NCBI GenBank assembly: GCA_964016885.1
Contig: OZ024747.1
Location: forward strand, 2,666,001-2,730,000
DNA from: Eledone cirrhosa
Lineage: Eukaryota
DNA length: 64,000 nt
Direction: 5' to 3'
In this document: one piece after another, positions 1 to 14,350 of the stretch
Numbering within the stretch: the stretch's first letter is position 1
Layout of the letters: every line of letters starts with the position of its first letter
Program-made: the position numbers and the translations under genes
Notes under the pieces: model-generated
The model's input: the letters and a program-made list of their open reading frames with translations, nothing else
Databases searched by the model: none
Told to the model about the DNA's origin: nothing

Positions 1-1687
1 TGCACGTCTCTGAACAGTTTCCAGGCGGTCAATGTAGTGAATTACATGGGAACATACTTATAATATACTTATAAGTATATTATATATAAGGGAACATACT
101 TATAATCAAAGACATTCGAACAGTGACTATCCTAGTTTTTATATATCTAAGACTACATTTTTCTGCATGCCCTTCCATTTTTAAGATAAACATTTTGTAA
201 TCTGGATGACATATTTTCATTGGTTTAGGCTTCTGCTAGTTTTGCTAGGTAGCATTGGGTATTAATTCTGAACTAATTCTATTTAATGGAGATTTGTTTA
301 TCAAAATACTAAAATAGAATTTCTAGCATCTCACCTTTATCATAGATTAAGAAATGAAGCCTCTACTACCTCCATATGAAAAGTAGTAGAATGTTTGTGG
401 AATGAAACCTATCACATTGAGTAGGCCATGTAATTAACTCAAAGCCCTTTTGTTTGTTTCTAGTAGTAACATAGTAAGAGTAGTAGTTAAGGTGATGATG
501 CTAGTGAGAATGAAACTAGTGATAGTGGAATATTAGAAGTGATTGGAGTCATAGTCATATCACTGTTAATGTCTTCTCTGACCATTTTCCAAATGTAAGG
601 ATTCTTTTCAGTTTCATGTATCAATTAAGATAAGGCAGTCTGTTAACTCTATGATTCAGTGAAATTTAAATTAATTTAGTGGATGCAATTGGCAGTATAG
701 AGAGGCAATATTGAAACTGCAAGAATACTATTGAAATGTCACTGGTTCCATTGTATGAATTCCCACCCCACACTGTTCTCTTCATATGCATTCCTTTGTC
801 ACTCTGCAATACCAATATCTGATAAAAGTTCACCTTATTATATGTATTTTAATAATTCCAATTTGATGCCAACTAACTACACATTATTTGCTTCCCACTA
901 CAAATGTAGGGAGGAAATGTGTCACAATAACTTATTGAACTAACAACTTATAGATCACGAGTTCAAAATCAACTGCAGGCATTTCTTAATGTCACTAGAT
1001 TGGATACTTACTTCAACATGGTTCTGCTTAAGTCACTGTCAGAAATCGGTATTAAATCTTTTGGAAATATTACTGCCAATATTCTTGTATTGAATTGAGT
1101 AGAAGATTTAGGCACTGGTTTGATATAACCCTAGACATTGTGGTGACATTCCTATTATTTCGATATGCTAACAGCTAAGAGTATGAAAAATATCTCCAAT
1201 TATTCTTGTTCTAATTGTAACTATGATTGAATATAAATATCATAAAATACCATTTAACACAAAATATTTAGTAAAAATGTTGGGTAGGAAGCCATTCTGA
1301 AAGCTTTAAAAACTTCTTTTGGGTTTAAATCTTGCCAAGAATAGTAATCTATTATATTAGTAGCATATTGAAACTGATTGAGATGTTTTACAAAATGAAT
1401 ATTGTAACTGCTGAATAAAAACAATAAGAAGCACATAGCTAGAGCACCTGAAACATGGAGGATTAGTGGTTAGAGGAGTGAAATTTTAAGGTTTCAAAGC
1501 CTAGAATTAGCAACAAAACCATTTAATGAAAATTGAAATTGTTCCCACATTTAGTTTAATGATTTGTATTTGAGAAGCTAACCGGAATTAAGATGTGTTC
1601 CACAATTTCATTCACAAACATATACACCATGGGCTTCCACACAGTTTTCATCTATTTGATTTGTAATTTGTTAGTGTTTAGTAGTAA

Positions 1688-1731
<44 letters not shown>

Positions 1732-2040
1732 TGAAATCTACCTATAGACAATCTCTGATGAAATAGTATCATTCTTAAACCAGAGAAGGAGATATCTCTC
1801 AACCCTTCAATGCTATGGAACCTCACCACAGATTGTCTGCTATACAAAATGATACTCAGAAACATGTAATATATACAAGTATCTTCAATGATACACTAGG
1901 ATTTTGTTCAGAATAGGTTTAATCATCTGAACCCCCAACAGGACTTTCACCTGCTGAGGACCTAAACTATATAAAATTTGAGGCCCTTCTCTAAAGAAAT
2001 TTTTTGAGGAAAAATTGACTAATTATACATGAGACAAGAA

Positions 2041-2083
<43 letters not shown>

Positions 2084-2127
2084 AATAAAAATGGCGTAGG
2101 CATTACAATACAATAGGAGGGAACATA

Positions 2128-2181
2128 ATAGTACCACTGATGATGTTGGAGATGTGCAACGAAAGATCTTTGATATACTAT
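2128..2181 (+). ncRNA. Minimal type I hammerhead candidate
   Basis: ATAGTACCA-CTGATGA-T-GTTG..CAAC-GAAA-GATC-TT|TGATATACTAT; palindromic AGATCT stem III; stem I has an internal loop; runs into (TA)n. Confidence 0.65.
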
Positions 2182-4086
2182 ATATATATATATTTATATC
2201 TGTGTTTTTAACCGTTGGTCAATCAATGGTGCACATTGATTGCCAAATAAATTAACTATGGAGATATAAAAGATACAGAAGCGAAAACCAACAATATAGT
2301 GAGTGTATTCTGTTATTATTTCTGGCAATATTATTACAACAATATGACCCTCCTCAAGTATAACAATACATATATATATATATATATAGCATCATCATCA
2401 TATATATATAATTTCTGATGATTTAGTGTTAAAGAATAAAAACTAATGATAAAATAAAAATATATTTTAAGAAATGAGCCCCCCGAGGGTGTATGGCCCA
2501 AAGCTATACCTTATTTAGCTTATAGGTAAGTCCAGCACTGTCCGCCGAGACCCTGTCCCACATCATATGACTTGTACAAGACTTTTCTCTTTTGCTTAGG
2601 CCAATGTTAATTAAATCAGCAGTGGTGAGTGAATGAAAGAATTATTATATCAGTTCTAAGAAGCAAGAATGACAACTATGACATGAAGTTAGTTGAAGGC
2701 TAGGATTTTATGATAAGCTAACTTCTAACCTTTACAAAGACACGATTCAATTAATGTATTGCAATAAAATGAACAGATTATTATTTTCCTTCACCAAAAG
2801 CAACAGAAAGTTGTTGCATGAAATTCATTGTAACATCTGTCTAGAAATTCTTAATACTATGAAATTCATATTAATTTTCTGAGGTAGGTGGAAAAGTCTA
2901 CATTATTTTAATAATGCAACAATGCAATACCAGAAATAATGATTTAAGATGTCGTCCATTTAATATATGATTAATTACTTATACCAGTAATTTAATGTTA
3001 TTCTATTTCATTGCTCGAATCCCTTTATTAAAATTATATTTCTTTGAAAATTCTCATTGGTCTAAATATTCTCCTCAGTTCAGAAACTTAGCAGAGAATC
3101 TTCATTATCATCATCATCACGATTGTCGTTTTAATGTCTGCTTTCCCTGCTAGGAAAGTTAAACAATTAACTCCAAGTATTCAAGGAGAATGTGAAGTTT
3201 GATTGGGTTGACAGAAACCTGCTAAATAATGTTTTAAAAATACAAATAATTGCTTTTTTAGATTTACACAAAGCTAGAAATTAGGTTGGAGGTTGGATTA
3301 TTGTCAATTAAATTGACCCAAGTATTTAACTGGTACTTTATTTTATCAAACAAATATTCAAATACTCCCCATGGCATATTATCATATTTTATTGTTTTAT
3401 TGCTTTTAAAAATTACAAACTCTTATAATCTCTACCTTCTCATTTTCTACTCTATGATTTCTTTAATGGCTTTCGGCAACAATCTTTCTCATTCAACAAG
3501 AATATAAACAACAAATGGAATATATTGTAAAAACATGAAATAAGGAAGGCAAAACATATATCCTAAATTATCTGATTATTTTCATATAATCATATTCTAA
3601 CAGAAATATTGCTTTATGAAAAGTTCAGTAGCAATCTAAGGAGGTGGAATTCAATGTTTCTTTTCCTATCTTATTTTGATATATCTGTGAGGATTTTCTC
3701 AGAATCAAGAAATCTATAATGAAATCTTTAGATGATATTTTTTTTGATTTAGAAATTTCTTTATTTCATCCTTAATTTCTTTTTTAAATGTGTATTTCTT
3801 AAATTGTAAATCGATAAAAATGTAGGAAACCTATATTGTTTGTTTTTCTGAGAAAGATCTATATGTTGTGTATTTATCAACAGTGAGTTGAGCAAGTGTA
3901 CCATTTAGAAAACGGTATAGAAAATATTTCAAAATGTCATATTTAGGTAAATATTTATATATATTATAAAAAATATATAAATGGTATAACTATCTCAGAA
4001 AATATCTTGAATAATTGTACATATGTTTTTTTAAATTTCACATATGTAAAACAATATATATCAAAAGATTTTAAAACTCTGCAATG

Positions 4087-4156
<70 letters not shown>

Positions 4157-4282
4157 GTGTAGGAGGTGAGTTTTATTGTAGCACAATAAATCAATGCAAA
4201 TATCGGATAAGTAGCACTCTACATTTTGTAGGACTGGAGTATAAATAATATAAGATCAAAAGATGGTTAAAAGAGTTCCAAG

Positions 4283-4350
4283 TATTTTATTATGCACATT
4301 TCAAAAACAAATATCATCATGGGATATCTGCGTTTTCATCAGATAAAATA
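4283..4350 (-). ncRNA. Type I hammerhead ribozyme (opposite arm)
   Basis: Minus strand reads TATTTTAT-CTGATGA-AAACGCAGATATC..GATATTTGTTTTT-GAAA-TGTGCA-TA|ATAAAATA. Confidence 0.78.
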
Positions 4351-4466
4351 GGGATACATGATATGAAGCTTAAAAAACACTTGTGAATAGTGAAGTTTTA
4401 AATCATATGTTGATTTAAAACTTCACTATTCACAAGTGTTTTTTTAAGCTTCATATCATGTATCCC

Positions 4467-4538
4467 TATTTTTATCTGACGAAAACGCAAATGTCATCGC
4501 ATGATGATATTTGTTTTTGAAATGCGCATAATAAAATA
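4467..4538 (+). ncRNA. Type I hammerhead ribozyme
   Basis: TATTTTTAT-CTGACGA-[stem II GCAAATGTCATC/GATGATATTTGT]-GAAA-TGCGCA-TA|ATAAAATA; palindromic stem III ATGCGCAT; AUA cleavage after 4530. Confidence 0.82.
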
Positions 4539-4578
4539 CTTGGAACTCTTTTAACCAACTTTTGATCTTATATTATAT

Positions 4579-4610
<32 letters not shown>

Positions 4611-4919
4611 TAAGCAAAAGACCAATAGTGTTCAAAAAGCCAGTACAATGTGGTAGAAAAATACGAAGAGCAAAGGAAGACAAATAAAACAAAACAGTAA
4701 TCTTTTATGCAGTGTATTTTACATGATATTTCAGGTTTATTACACATACTTTGCAATCTGATTTAGACCATATTCAAAGTTACTGCTCTTCTAGACAGGT
4801 CAGGAATGATCACACATTGTTCATGTGCTCCAACGTTTGGCATGGATTTTAACAGCTGAATTTCCTGTTCACCAGCAACACCTTACACTGTGTATTGGAT
4901 GCATTATGGTTTAAATACA

Positions 4920-5104
4920 GGCGGTGAATTAGCAGTATCGGTAGAGAGTCGGACGCCATGCTTTCCAGCATAGTTACGTCTCTTTACGGTCTGAGTTCAA
5001 ATCCCACGGAGGTTAACTTTGCCTTTCATCCTTATGGAGTCGATAAAATAAAGTACCAGTAATGTACTGAGTAATTGCTGGCCTTGTGCCAAAAAGTAGA
5101 AACA
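4920..5104 (+). mobile_element. tRNA-derived SINE with Deu/Nin-like central domain and 17-bp TSD
   Basis: B box GAGTTCAAATCC, GCCTTTCATCCTT..GTCGATAAAATAAAGTACCAG, TSD ATTATGGTTTAAATACA at 4903-4919 and 5105-5121. Older copies near 7770-8030(-), 13596-13750, 19490-19680, 44270-44405 and 62890-63170. Confidence 0.82.
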
Positions 5105-5799
5105 ATTATGGTTTAAATACACAAGTCTTTGATATCTGAATGGCTAATTGTCAGCAGAAGAGGACCCAAGAGTTATGACATGTATGTGGCCCTTCACTGC
5201 CTCCATAGAGTATAGGAAATTAAGTGCCAAAACATTTACTCAAATGTGGTTTTCTCTCTCAAGATCTGCTATCCAGCTCTTGTAGCATTGTTTTAAAGTC
5301 TCTCAGTTTAATTATTCCATGGTGCATCAAAATATAGAAGATGAAATTCAACATATTTTCTTAAGTATTTCATTAACATCTGTTCTATAATCAGTTATCA
5401 TGTTTAGTCATGGACTAAGGCATTTATTGTTGCTTCCTTGCAACAAACAATGAAACTGTTCACTCACAAGAAGAATTACAGAAAAATGAGAAAAAATAAG
5501 TAAATAATTGTACAATTATTCAAGTTATGACTGAGAAAGACAAATATACAACCAATTGAAGTCTATATACAAGATGTGCTATATTAAGCATACATATATA
5601 TATGAATGTATATATACATATATATGTATATATATGCGTGTGTGTGTGTATATATATATAAATACATGTGTGTATATATGTGTATGCACACACACACACA
5701 TATATATACGTATATGTATGCATGTGTATATATATATATGTATGTATGCATGTATATATATATATATGTATGTATATATGTATATATATATGTATATAC

Positions 5800-5847
<48 letters not shown>

Positions 5848-5876
5848 CTATATATATATATGTATATATATATGTA

Positions 5877-5909
<33 letters not shown>

Positions 5910-8900
5910 AGATATATATGTATGTATATATATGTATATATATATATATATATATCATCATCATTTTATCATCATTTTACATCCGCTTTTCCCTGCTTGC
6001 AAGGGTGAAACATATATATGTATATATATATATGTATATGTGTATATATATATGTATATATATATATATATGTGTATCTACACATACACACATATACACA
6101 CATTGTTACGCATGATTTCAGTGCCTAACTATGAAAATTTCCATTTCATTGCTCCATACATGATATATTATAAACAGACATATTTAACTAGCAATGAACA
6201 ACATTTATTAGTCTGTCCTAATTCTATTTTACAGCTTATGATTCCTGAACTAGAACTACACTAGGAGACTGACAATGATAAAAACCATAAAGAGATTTTT
6301 CTCATTAATATTATTTTCTTCTTGACTTTGTTCACTTGAATTACTTTTTAAAACACATCTAGACTACAATTTTCCCACATATACACATTTATTCTAAATA
6401 CCTTCAGTTAGAAGGAAGTGAATAGAAAAAACAACCAAATACAATATATATCATTAACAATGCTATAATTTGTATTATAATGAAGAACTTTCTTGGAATT
6501 CTTCCAAATAGAATGTTTTTGTGTTGTTTCAGTTATTAGACTGTAGTCATGCTGTGGTACAGCCTTTAGAAGATTTACTCAATTATATCAACCCCACTAT
6601 TTTCTTTTTCAACTTATTTTATTAATATCTATTTGTCCAACTGCTAAGTTATGGTATATAAATAAACAATAAACATATATATAAACACAGACACACACAT
6701 ATACATATATATATATATATACACACAAAAACGCACACGTACACATGCACCTGCACACAAACACACACACACACATCTTAATCTTAGTCCCTCCCACTTA
6801 TCGTAGAACATTGGTTGATTTTTTTTTGTAGCTATATTTATTACTGAAGGCAACGATGCTAGCTTCATACTTCATTTACATATATATATAAGCATCACCA
6901 TCACTATTTAGTGTCCATTTGTCCCTACTAGCTTGGGTTAGACAAGTTGTCTTGTGAGAAATGCTAGGTCAGGTGACCATGTCTTGCTCATAAAGAATTG
7001 TTTCTGGCTTGGCTTCTACCACTGGATGCCCTTCCCCATTTAAAGTGTGGGCTGACCGCTTTTTATTGTGTCACCATCACAACCACTTTACATTGTGGGC
7101 TAGAGTCTTCACTAAAGGTATGCTTCAGCCTGTCTTCATTGGAGATGTATGGAAGAGTGGAGTGATGGTGGTGGTGTTTTCTATATGTATGCTTCCACTT
7201 CAGCCTGTGCTCATGGGAAAGTCGGTCTTCTGTATTACTGCATAATTCCAGAGATCTCTGTCCCATATCATTGTCTTTGAGAGGTGCAATTGAGCAAGAT
7301 CAGCTTTTATCACTGCATCCCAAGTCTTCCTGGGTCTCCCCACTCTATGTCTTCCATCAACTTGAGCACTCTGCACCTTTTTATGCAGCTGTCATCCTTC
7401 GTGCACATACAAACACAATCTTCACTCCTTCACACAGCATTTGATTCCTCTTATACCTAGTTTCTTTCTCAGTTAATTTATGCTTTACTGTTCAAGTATA
7501 TTACTATTACACATCAAAGTTGCCTTGGGGTAAAAGTAATAAGGTAAAACCTGAAGTCTGTTTTCATTAACATCATTTTTAAATTGATCCCCTTAAATAT
7601 TCAAATTTCTTCCCTGTGGGTTGTGTGCCCCACATTGGGAATCCCTATTCTATAACATAACAGGGGTTAAGAAATCATTTTATTTTATTTTCTCCACACT
7701 TTCTGAATTGCTGAGTGTTCAAAGTAAATATTAAGTGTACCAATGAAAGCAGACTTCCCTGAAACATAATAATGGTTTCTACTTTAGGCACAAGTCCAGC
7801 AATTTGAAGGGAAGAGGTAAAAGTCAATTAAATCGACCCCAGTGCATTACTGGGGCTTTATTTGAACACAGAACATAAATGGCCATGTCTATGCCATGAA
7901 GCATATTGTCCGACACTCTACCGATACTGGCTATCCACCACAAACAAAAGCATAATAATAATAATAATTGTTTCTACTTTTGGCACAAGGCCACCAATTA
8001 GCCAGTGCATTACTGGTACTTTATTTTATTGATGCAAGAAAAATAAGATCATTTACTGATTCTTACTTAATCTTGTAGACCAAGTATACAATTGCAATTT
8101 CTCTATTCCTCCATAGATTATTATATTTCTTTCCAATGCCACATCATATATCTTGAATATGCTTACTTAATTTATAGTATGATTTAAGCGTTGAGAATAC
8201 TAAGCATTAAAAAAATATCAGTTCTAATCTCTAATTGTCAGATGAAATTTTCCAATCACTATCTGATGTTACTCCTTTACAAAAGGAAGGAGAAGACAAA
8301 AGCTATACCATCTCATCTCTTAGATCAGGCAACAGAAGCCTTAAAGTTCATGAAAGAAGATTAAAGCTTGCTACAACTCTAGAAGGATGGATATAGGAAC
8401 AGAAGTATTAAGCATATTTTAATGTTTCTCTTATGTCGTTGTGGTACTATTCAGCATTAGGACTTAAGCTTTTGAAGTAGATCATTCCAAACACTACATT
8501 GTATTATCTTCACAATACCTAGCTTTCCTTAATCCCCCTCTTCTCAATACCCTACTGCTACCACCACTATTACACTAACATTATCAATTCAACCAACAGC
8601 AGTAAAATCATCATCATTTTATTTTTCTCCATTGCTTAGTTCTGTGAAACAGTGTATTACCACTTGTCCCCATCAGGCTTAAACTTTTGTGCTTTGATCT
8701 AAGTACTTTATGTGTGAATATTGTATTCTCATGTATGTATGTGTGTATGCCAGCATGCATATGTATGTGTGTATATATGTATGTATATGTATATATATAT
8801 ATGTGCATGTGTGTGTGTATGATTGAATGTATGTATTTGAGCCATTAACAATTATTTTTAATTTACTTGTGCTCAGTCAGCTTTACTCGTTCAAATTATT

Positions 8901-10772
8901 TACTTATCAATCAAGTAACTTTCATTCATCTTGGTAACATATATGGTCACTGTTTTTCTATAATTTAGCCCCAGGTCAGCAATGATCAAGCAAACCTATG
9001 ATGTGTCATCCTCTAGTAGATAATTATCCAGTCAGTCTTGGAAATGAACCAATGACTTTACGATTGTGAGCCCAAAACTTAAACCACTAGGCAACATGAC
9101 TTTACATCATATATACCTGCATATAATTCTATTATGTCTTCAATACCCAAATAGACAAAATTATTTTCATCTAAATCAATTTATAATCACAGTTATAAAA
9201 TGTTCAAATCTTAAACAAGTTCTCTTACAACATATTTTCCGATCACTAGGTTAGATTCAGTAAATAATTTCTGATCATTATTCAAACCTTCATTCCACCA
9301 TAGTAATTTAATTTCAGTCTGAAGAATGTTAGTATATTGTGCCAGTGTATAAATGTGTAGCACAGAAGTGGCTGTTGAAACACTGATGTTTCCTTGGTCA
9401 TTCAGCTAATTTTTGCTCAACTATCATAATGTTTTAATGTTTTTTTTCTGATACTATTGTATAAAATAGAACCAGGAAGTCTTCTAAGACTATGGGTTAC
9501 AAGGGCTGAAATACTTTCGTGAGAGGAGGTAGTGGGGTTCTTTTCTGAAGACCTACTGTCCATCTTTCCTAAGAGTTTTTTTACCACTTCTTATCACTAC
9601 AATAAGAAATACATTTGCCACAAACACTAGATATTTTTATTTTTGTCTTACTAAAGGATTTTGAAAATTGTGGAAATTGTGTCACTTTAAAAGGTGTACA
9701 GAAAGTTACCAACATCTTTCAGAAAAGAGGTGGGCCCTGCAAAGTTTAAAAATGCTCTAGATACACTGTATATATATATGGAGCTCCTATATCTCTATCG
9801 GAAGTTACAAGACCAAACTATACTTCAGTTCTGCGAAACTTCTATGTGAGCCCCCAAACATGTTTTGCAATAAATACTGACCAATCTATTTTCACACTGA
9901 ACCCTTTAGAATTTACATTACTCTATATTTACTATTGTATATTCATGGTAAAGGCTTTAGCTCACATAATTATCTCCCATAATCTCGTGTCTATGAGATT
10001 TTGACAATACTATTGTTTATTTTAAGAATGATATCTTAAAGTTAGTGTAAGCTGCTGGTTATGGCCAGTTTCGAAAAGGAGAAAGAATTCTGGCCGGATA
10101 CAACTGGTTTAAATGCTAAAGGATTAATCAGTATCTATGCAAGGTCAGTAGCTTCAGTATATCTAACATTCGCTAGATCCTCATTTCGTTTACTCAAGCA
10201 GAACTATCCAATGAAAATAATTTTCTCCCTTTGGCTATTGTTATGGTGATGTATATATTATGCATATAAAGAGCGACCGTAATATCTGTAATGGTCTCTC
10301 TTCCATCTGTATTTAGTCAGTGTTTAGTTGACTTAACTCTTCCCCCACCAATAAACAGTGCAGTAACAAAGGACAACTCTATTTTTGCCTGCTCCTGAAA
10401 ATTACTGATTTCTTTCGCATGTTTTTTTTCTTCTCTTTTATGTTTTAGCAACATATTTTTCTCATAACATTCTTTCTTTTTTCCATTCTCCATCCTATCA
10501 TTTTTGCTTCATCTGTTCTTTTGGTAATTTTTCAGCTACAACCAGTTTCCATATTCTCTATTGTTTACCTATTAGGTATCGAAGAAGAATTCACATTAGG
10601 GGTTCCAAATTCTCTTTTGTTTTATTTTTTTATTTTTTTTATAGAAAGTTTTTTTTGCATTTTTATATTTTCTCTTAGCTCAGATATATTACAAACTTTG
10701 AAGGAACATAAACACAACAAATTCTTTACTTGAGATAACTGTCTTTTATATTTTTATTTGCTTTATTTATTC

Positions 10773-10774
<2 letters not shown>

Positions 10775-10809
<35 letters not shown>

Positions 10810-11590
10810 CATGTGCACCCAGATATATACACACACCAACAAATATAATATATATATATATATATATTTGTTGGTGTGTGTATATATCTGGGTGCACATG
10901 TATGTATGTATATATAAATGTGTGAGTGTGTGTGTTTGTATGTATGTATGTATGTGTATGAATATGTGTGTATGTATATATATGTTTGTGTATGTATGTA
11001 TATGTATGTATGCATGTACATATATATCTGTATATATGTGTGTGTGTGTGTATGTTTTTATGTATGTATGTGTATGCATGTATATGTTTGTATGTATATG
11101 TGTGTATGCATATGTAAGTATATGTATGTATGCCTGTATATATATATTTGTATATGTGTGTGTGTATATGTATGTGTATGTATGTATATGTATGTATGTA
11201 TATGTATGTATATGTATGTATATGTATGTATGTGTATGAATATGTATATGTATGTATATATATATGTATATATATATATATCTGTATATGTGTGTGTGTG
11301 TATATGTATGTGTATGTATGTATATGTATGTATGTATATGTATGTATATGTATGTATGTGTATGAATATGTATATGTATGTATATGTATATATATATATC
11401 TGTATATGTGTGTGTATGTTTATGTATGTATGTATATGTATGTATATGTATGTATGTGTATGAATATGTATGTATATGTATATGTATATATATATATCTG
11501 TATATGTGTGTGTGTGTATATGTATGTGTATGTATGTATATGTTTGTATGTATATGTATATATATACATCTGTATATGTGTGTGTGTTGA
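10775..11590. repeat. Compound (TA)/(TG)/(TATG) microsatellite with higher-order units; similar tracts at 5590-6100, 27722-27965, 32345-32840, 48210-49990 and 53935-54205
   Basis: Direct inspection; these tracts are the source of the YI/CV/HT-rich ORFs. Confidence 0.95.
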
Positions 11591-13170
11591 TACACACTGA
11601 ACTCTAACAAGTGTATCATTATTTTCTTACTTACACATGTCTTGCTGATTGGAAATATTGCTGCTTCTTCTGATATGGAAACTTTATATGTTGTTTCTTC
11701 AGAAACATAGCGATATCTCAAATCACAAAGACCTCAGTACTTTATTTACAAACCACATCACTCCATTATGATGATGATGACAGTGATGATGATGATGATT
11801 ACATTACTATTGTTGTTGTTGTTGTTATCATTATTATTATTATTATTATTATTGTTGTTGTTGTTTTTATTACTATTATTATCATCACCATCATTGTTGT
11901 TGTTATTACTGTTGTTGTTATTATTGTTGTTATTTCATTCAATGTCATCATATCACTTTTCTTTGGCAAGTCAGCAAACTTCTTTACTCTTTTACATGTT
12001 TTTATATTTATTTTTCCCCTCTCATTTTTTTTATGATACAAAGAAAAAAATACTGCCTTAGTCACAAGACAATTTTATTGTTGGCAGATTCTGTTAATAT
12101 TTTTACACATTCAAAGTACTGTAAATAGAAATAGCGAAGAAAAGAAAAGTAAAACACTACAAATAGTTATTTGCATGTGTACTTTCTTTAGCTTTACAAG
12201 CCAGTAAGATAATTACCCAGCTTGCTGTGCGTGCACAGGAAGATAGCTACTAATAACCTCATTCACTCTTTTACCTTCACTACCACCCATCTCCTAACAC
12301 TTCTATCACTATAAAATCCCAGTTCGCCTCTCTCCTTACATCTTTATTATAGCTATGTATTCCAATGCTATATTCGTGAGCAATGATTTCAATCTTGTTT
12401 AATGAGATCCTGACAACATTTATCTGCTTTTTCTGTCAAAAACATAACTCTTCTTGTACTCAACAAGAGCAAGGCTCTATTTTCTCTTGAACATAAAACT
12501 CAAGCTGTTCTCTCTTTGCAAAAATATTTCAGCTTAGAATTTCAAACAATTCAGCTCACAATTTCAAACAATTTGTGTCTGCTTTGTAAACTTGATACAG
12601 CATTAAGCTTCCCCCCCCCCCCCCCCCCAATTTTTTTTTCCCACAGTATTTACTTTTATCACAGTATTTTTTTTGTTTCTCTTTATTGTTTGATATATAT
12701 ATATTTTCTTTCTTCATATTTAATTATTAGAAATATAATCTATATTTTTAGAATGGAATATCTTCCCTTTGGTTGTTGGTAATATAAATGACTTCAGCTA
12801 TTTTGCTTTAAATTGTAAATGTCAGACAATAATAATCATCTCAATAATCATTTTGCCATAACCTCAACAATATTTATTTATAGTTATCATCAGTTTTTTA
12901 TCATCGTTTTCACCAATTTTGAATGAGAATGTTTGCGGTAGTATTCTATATTTGGATGTCCTTCCTGATGCCAACCCATAATTAGTTTTATGTAGGGTGT
13001 ATATTCTACTGATTTTCACATTTCAAACCACAAAGCTACATGATATATTGTTTATGTGAGAAAACACACACATACATATATCTAAATATATATATATATA
13101 TATATGTTAAACGACGACGATGATGATGATGTTGACGATATATATATCTATATCTATATATATATATGTA

Positions 13171-13376
13171 TATGAGGATTGGCTGAAAAAAGTTCATAGG
13201 CTGACCAAGATATTCTCATGAAATGATCAAATGAGGCTTGTTTTTTAGCATAGTCAATGGAAAAAAACCAATGCAGTTATTAATAAAGAGAATTGAAATT
13301 AATGCATGCAAGAATTCACAGCTCTAGCATCAATCCTTTATAGTCTGCCTATGAATTTTTCAACCAACTCTTGTGT
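13171..13376. mobile_element. Mariner-like MITE
   Basis: Imperfect TIRs TATGAGGATTGGCTGAAAAAAGTTCATAGGCTGAC and GTCTGCCTATGAATTTTTCAACCAACTCTTGTG; TA flanks. Confidence 0.65.
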
Positions 13377-14029
13377 ATATGTAATAGAAAAATACATGTG
13401 CTCGCACATGTGGGAAGTCAACTCTACTCTAATAGCAGTGAGAAATTAACAGACAAAATCCATCCTTGAGATTGTTTAAAATATAAAACATTATCAAATT
13501 TCACTAAGAATTGTTTCCTTATCTAGTAATGAGCTGCTATAGACATTGAAACCAATTTGACCTCCCAGTATTCCCCATCTACTGGTAATCTGTGAAGGCA
13601 GAATATTGGCAATATCAGTAGACCATTGGACACTATGCTTTGCAGCATATAGTTACGGCCCTTTAGGTTCTGATTTCAAAGCTGAGGCTGGCTTAGCCTA
13701 TTTTCCTTATGGTAGAAGATAAAATAAAGTAGCAGTAATGCACTGGGGTTCCAATTCATTCATGCAGTTTTAAGATGGTTACAATTTTTTTATTTAATAT
13801 ATATAACTTGTATATATAACTTTTATACATAACTTTATATATAACTTTTATATATAACTTTTCAATTCCAATTACTTGCATCAAGTTAACTTTGAGATGT
13901 AGAATTATGGGGATTTGCTGTGTATTCTAATTTTTTGAAAGAATATGATCACGAATACAAGCAGCCAAAATAGGGTTTCTATGAAAGGCCTTTGGAGTAA
14001 TGTTACTCAATAGAGTGTGTAGTTCAGAG

Positions 14030-14350
14030 ATCAGAGTGTCACTTCAGGTAGAGTCACTTCTTCTCTGAATTGAGAGATCACAGCTCAGATGCTATGGTCA
14101 TGTGGTTAGAATGTCTTAAGAAAGAATCGCTGGACAGATTTTATGGGTAAAACCAATAGGTAGGAGACCCTGGGGTAGACCCTGGACAAGATATTTAGAT
14201 AATATCCATGAGCTTGGCTGGTCTCGCTTGGGGATCCAGCCAGATCAGTTGGGGAGGGTTGCTTCTGGCAGGACCCACTGGAATGAGTGTTTGAGGACTC
14301 TGCCACCACAACCCTCTCAGGAATAAGTGGGCGAAGAAGAAGAATAGAAG
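14030..14350 (+). mobile_element. Second RTE-like LINE 3' fragment
   Basis: IERSQLRCYGHVVRM..GRRPWGRPWTRYLDNIHELGWSRL and a (GAA)n tail; homolog at 63290-63620. Confidence 0.7.

Larger units (their letters stand above)
4158..4576. mobile_element. Fold-back PLE-type insertion with two hammerheads
   Basis: Arms about 4245-4405 and 4411-4576 around a 5-nt loop, tail 4158-4244 on the left only, (TA)n flanks. Confidence 0.8.

Noticed and set aside
700-1450. Short ORFs suggestive of an old LINE endonuclease
   Set aside because: Too degenerate to assign without a search.
8242-8396. Possible exon after CTAATTGTCAG with about 50 open codons
   Set aside because: Weak pyrimidine tract, no donor, no recognisable motif.
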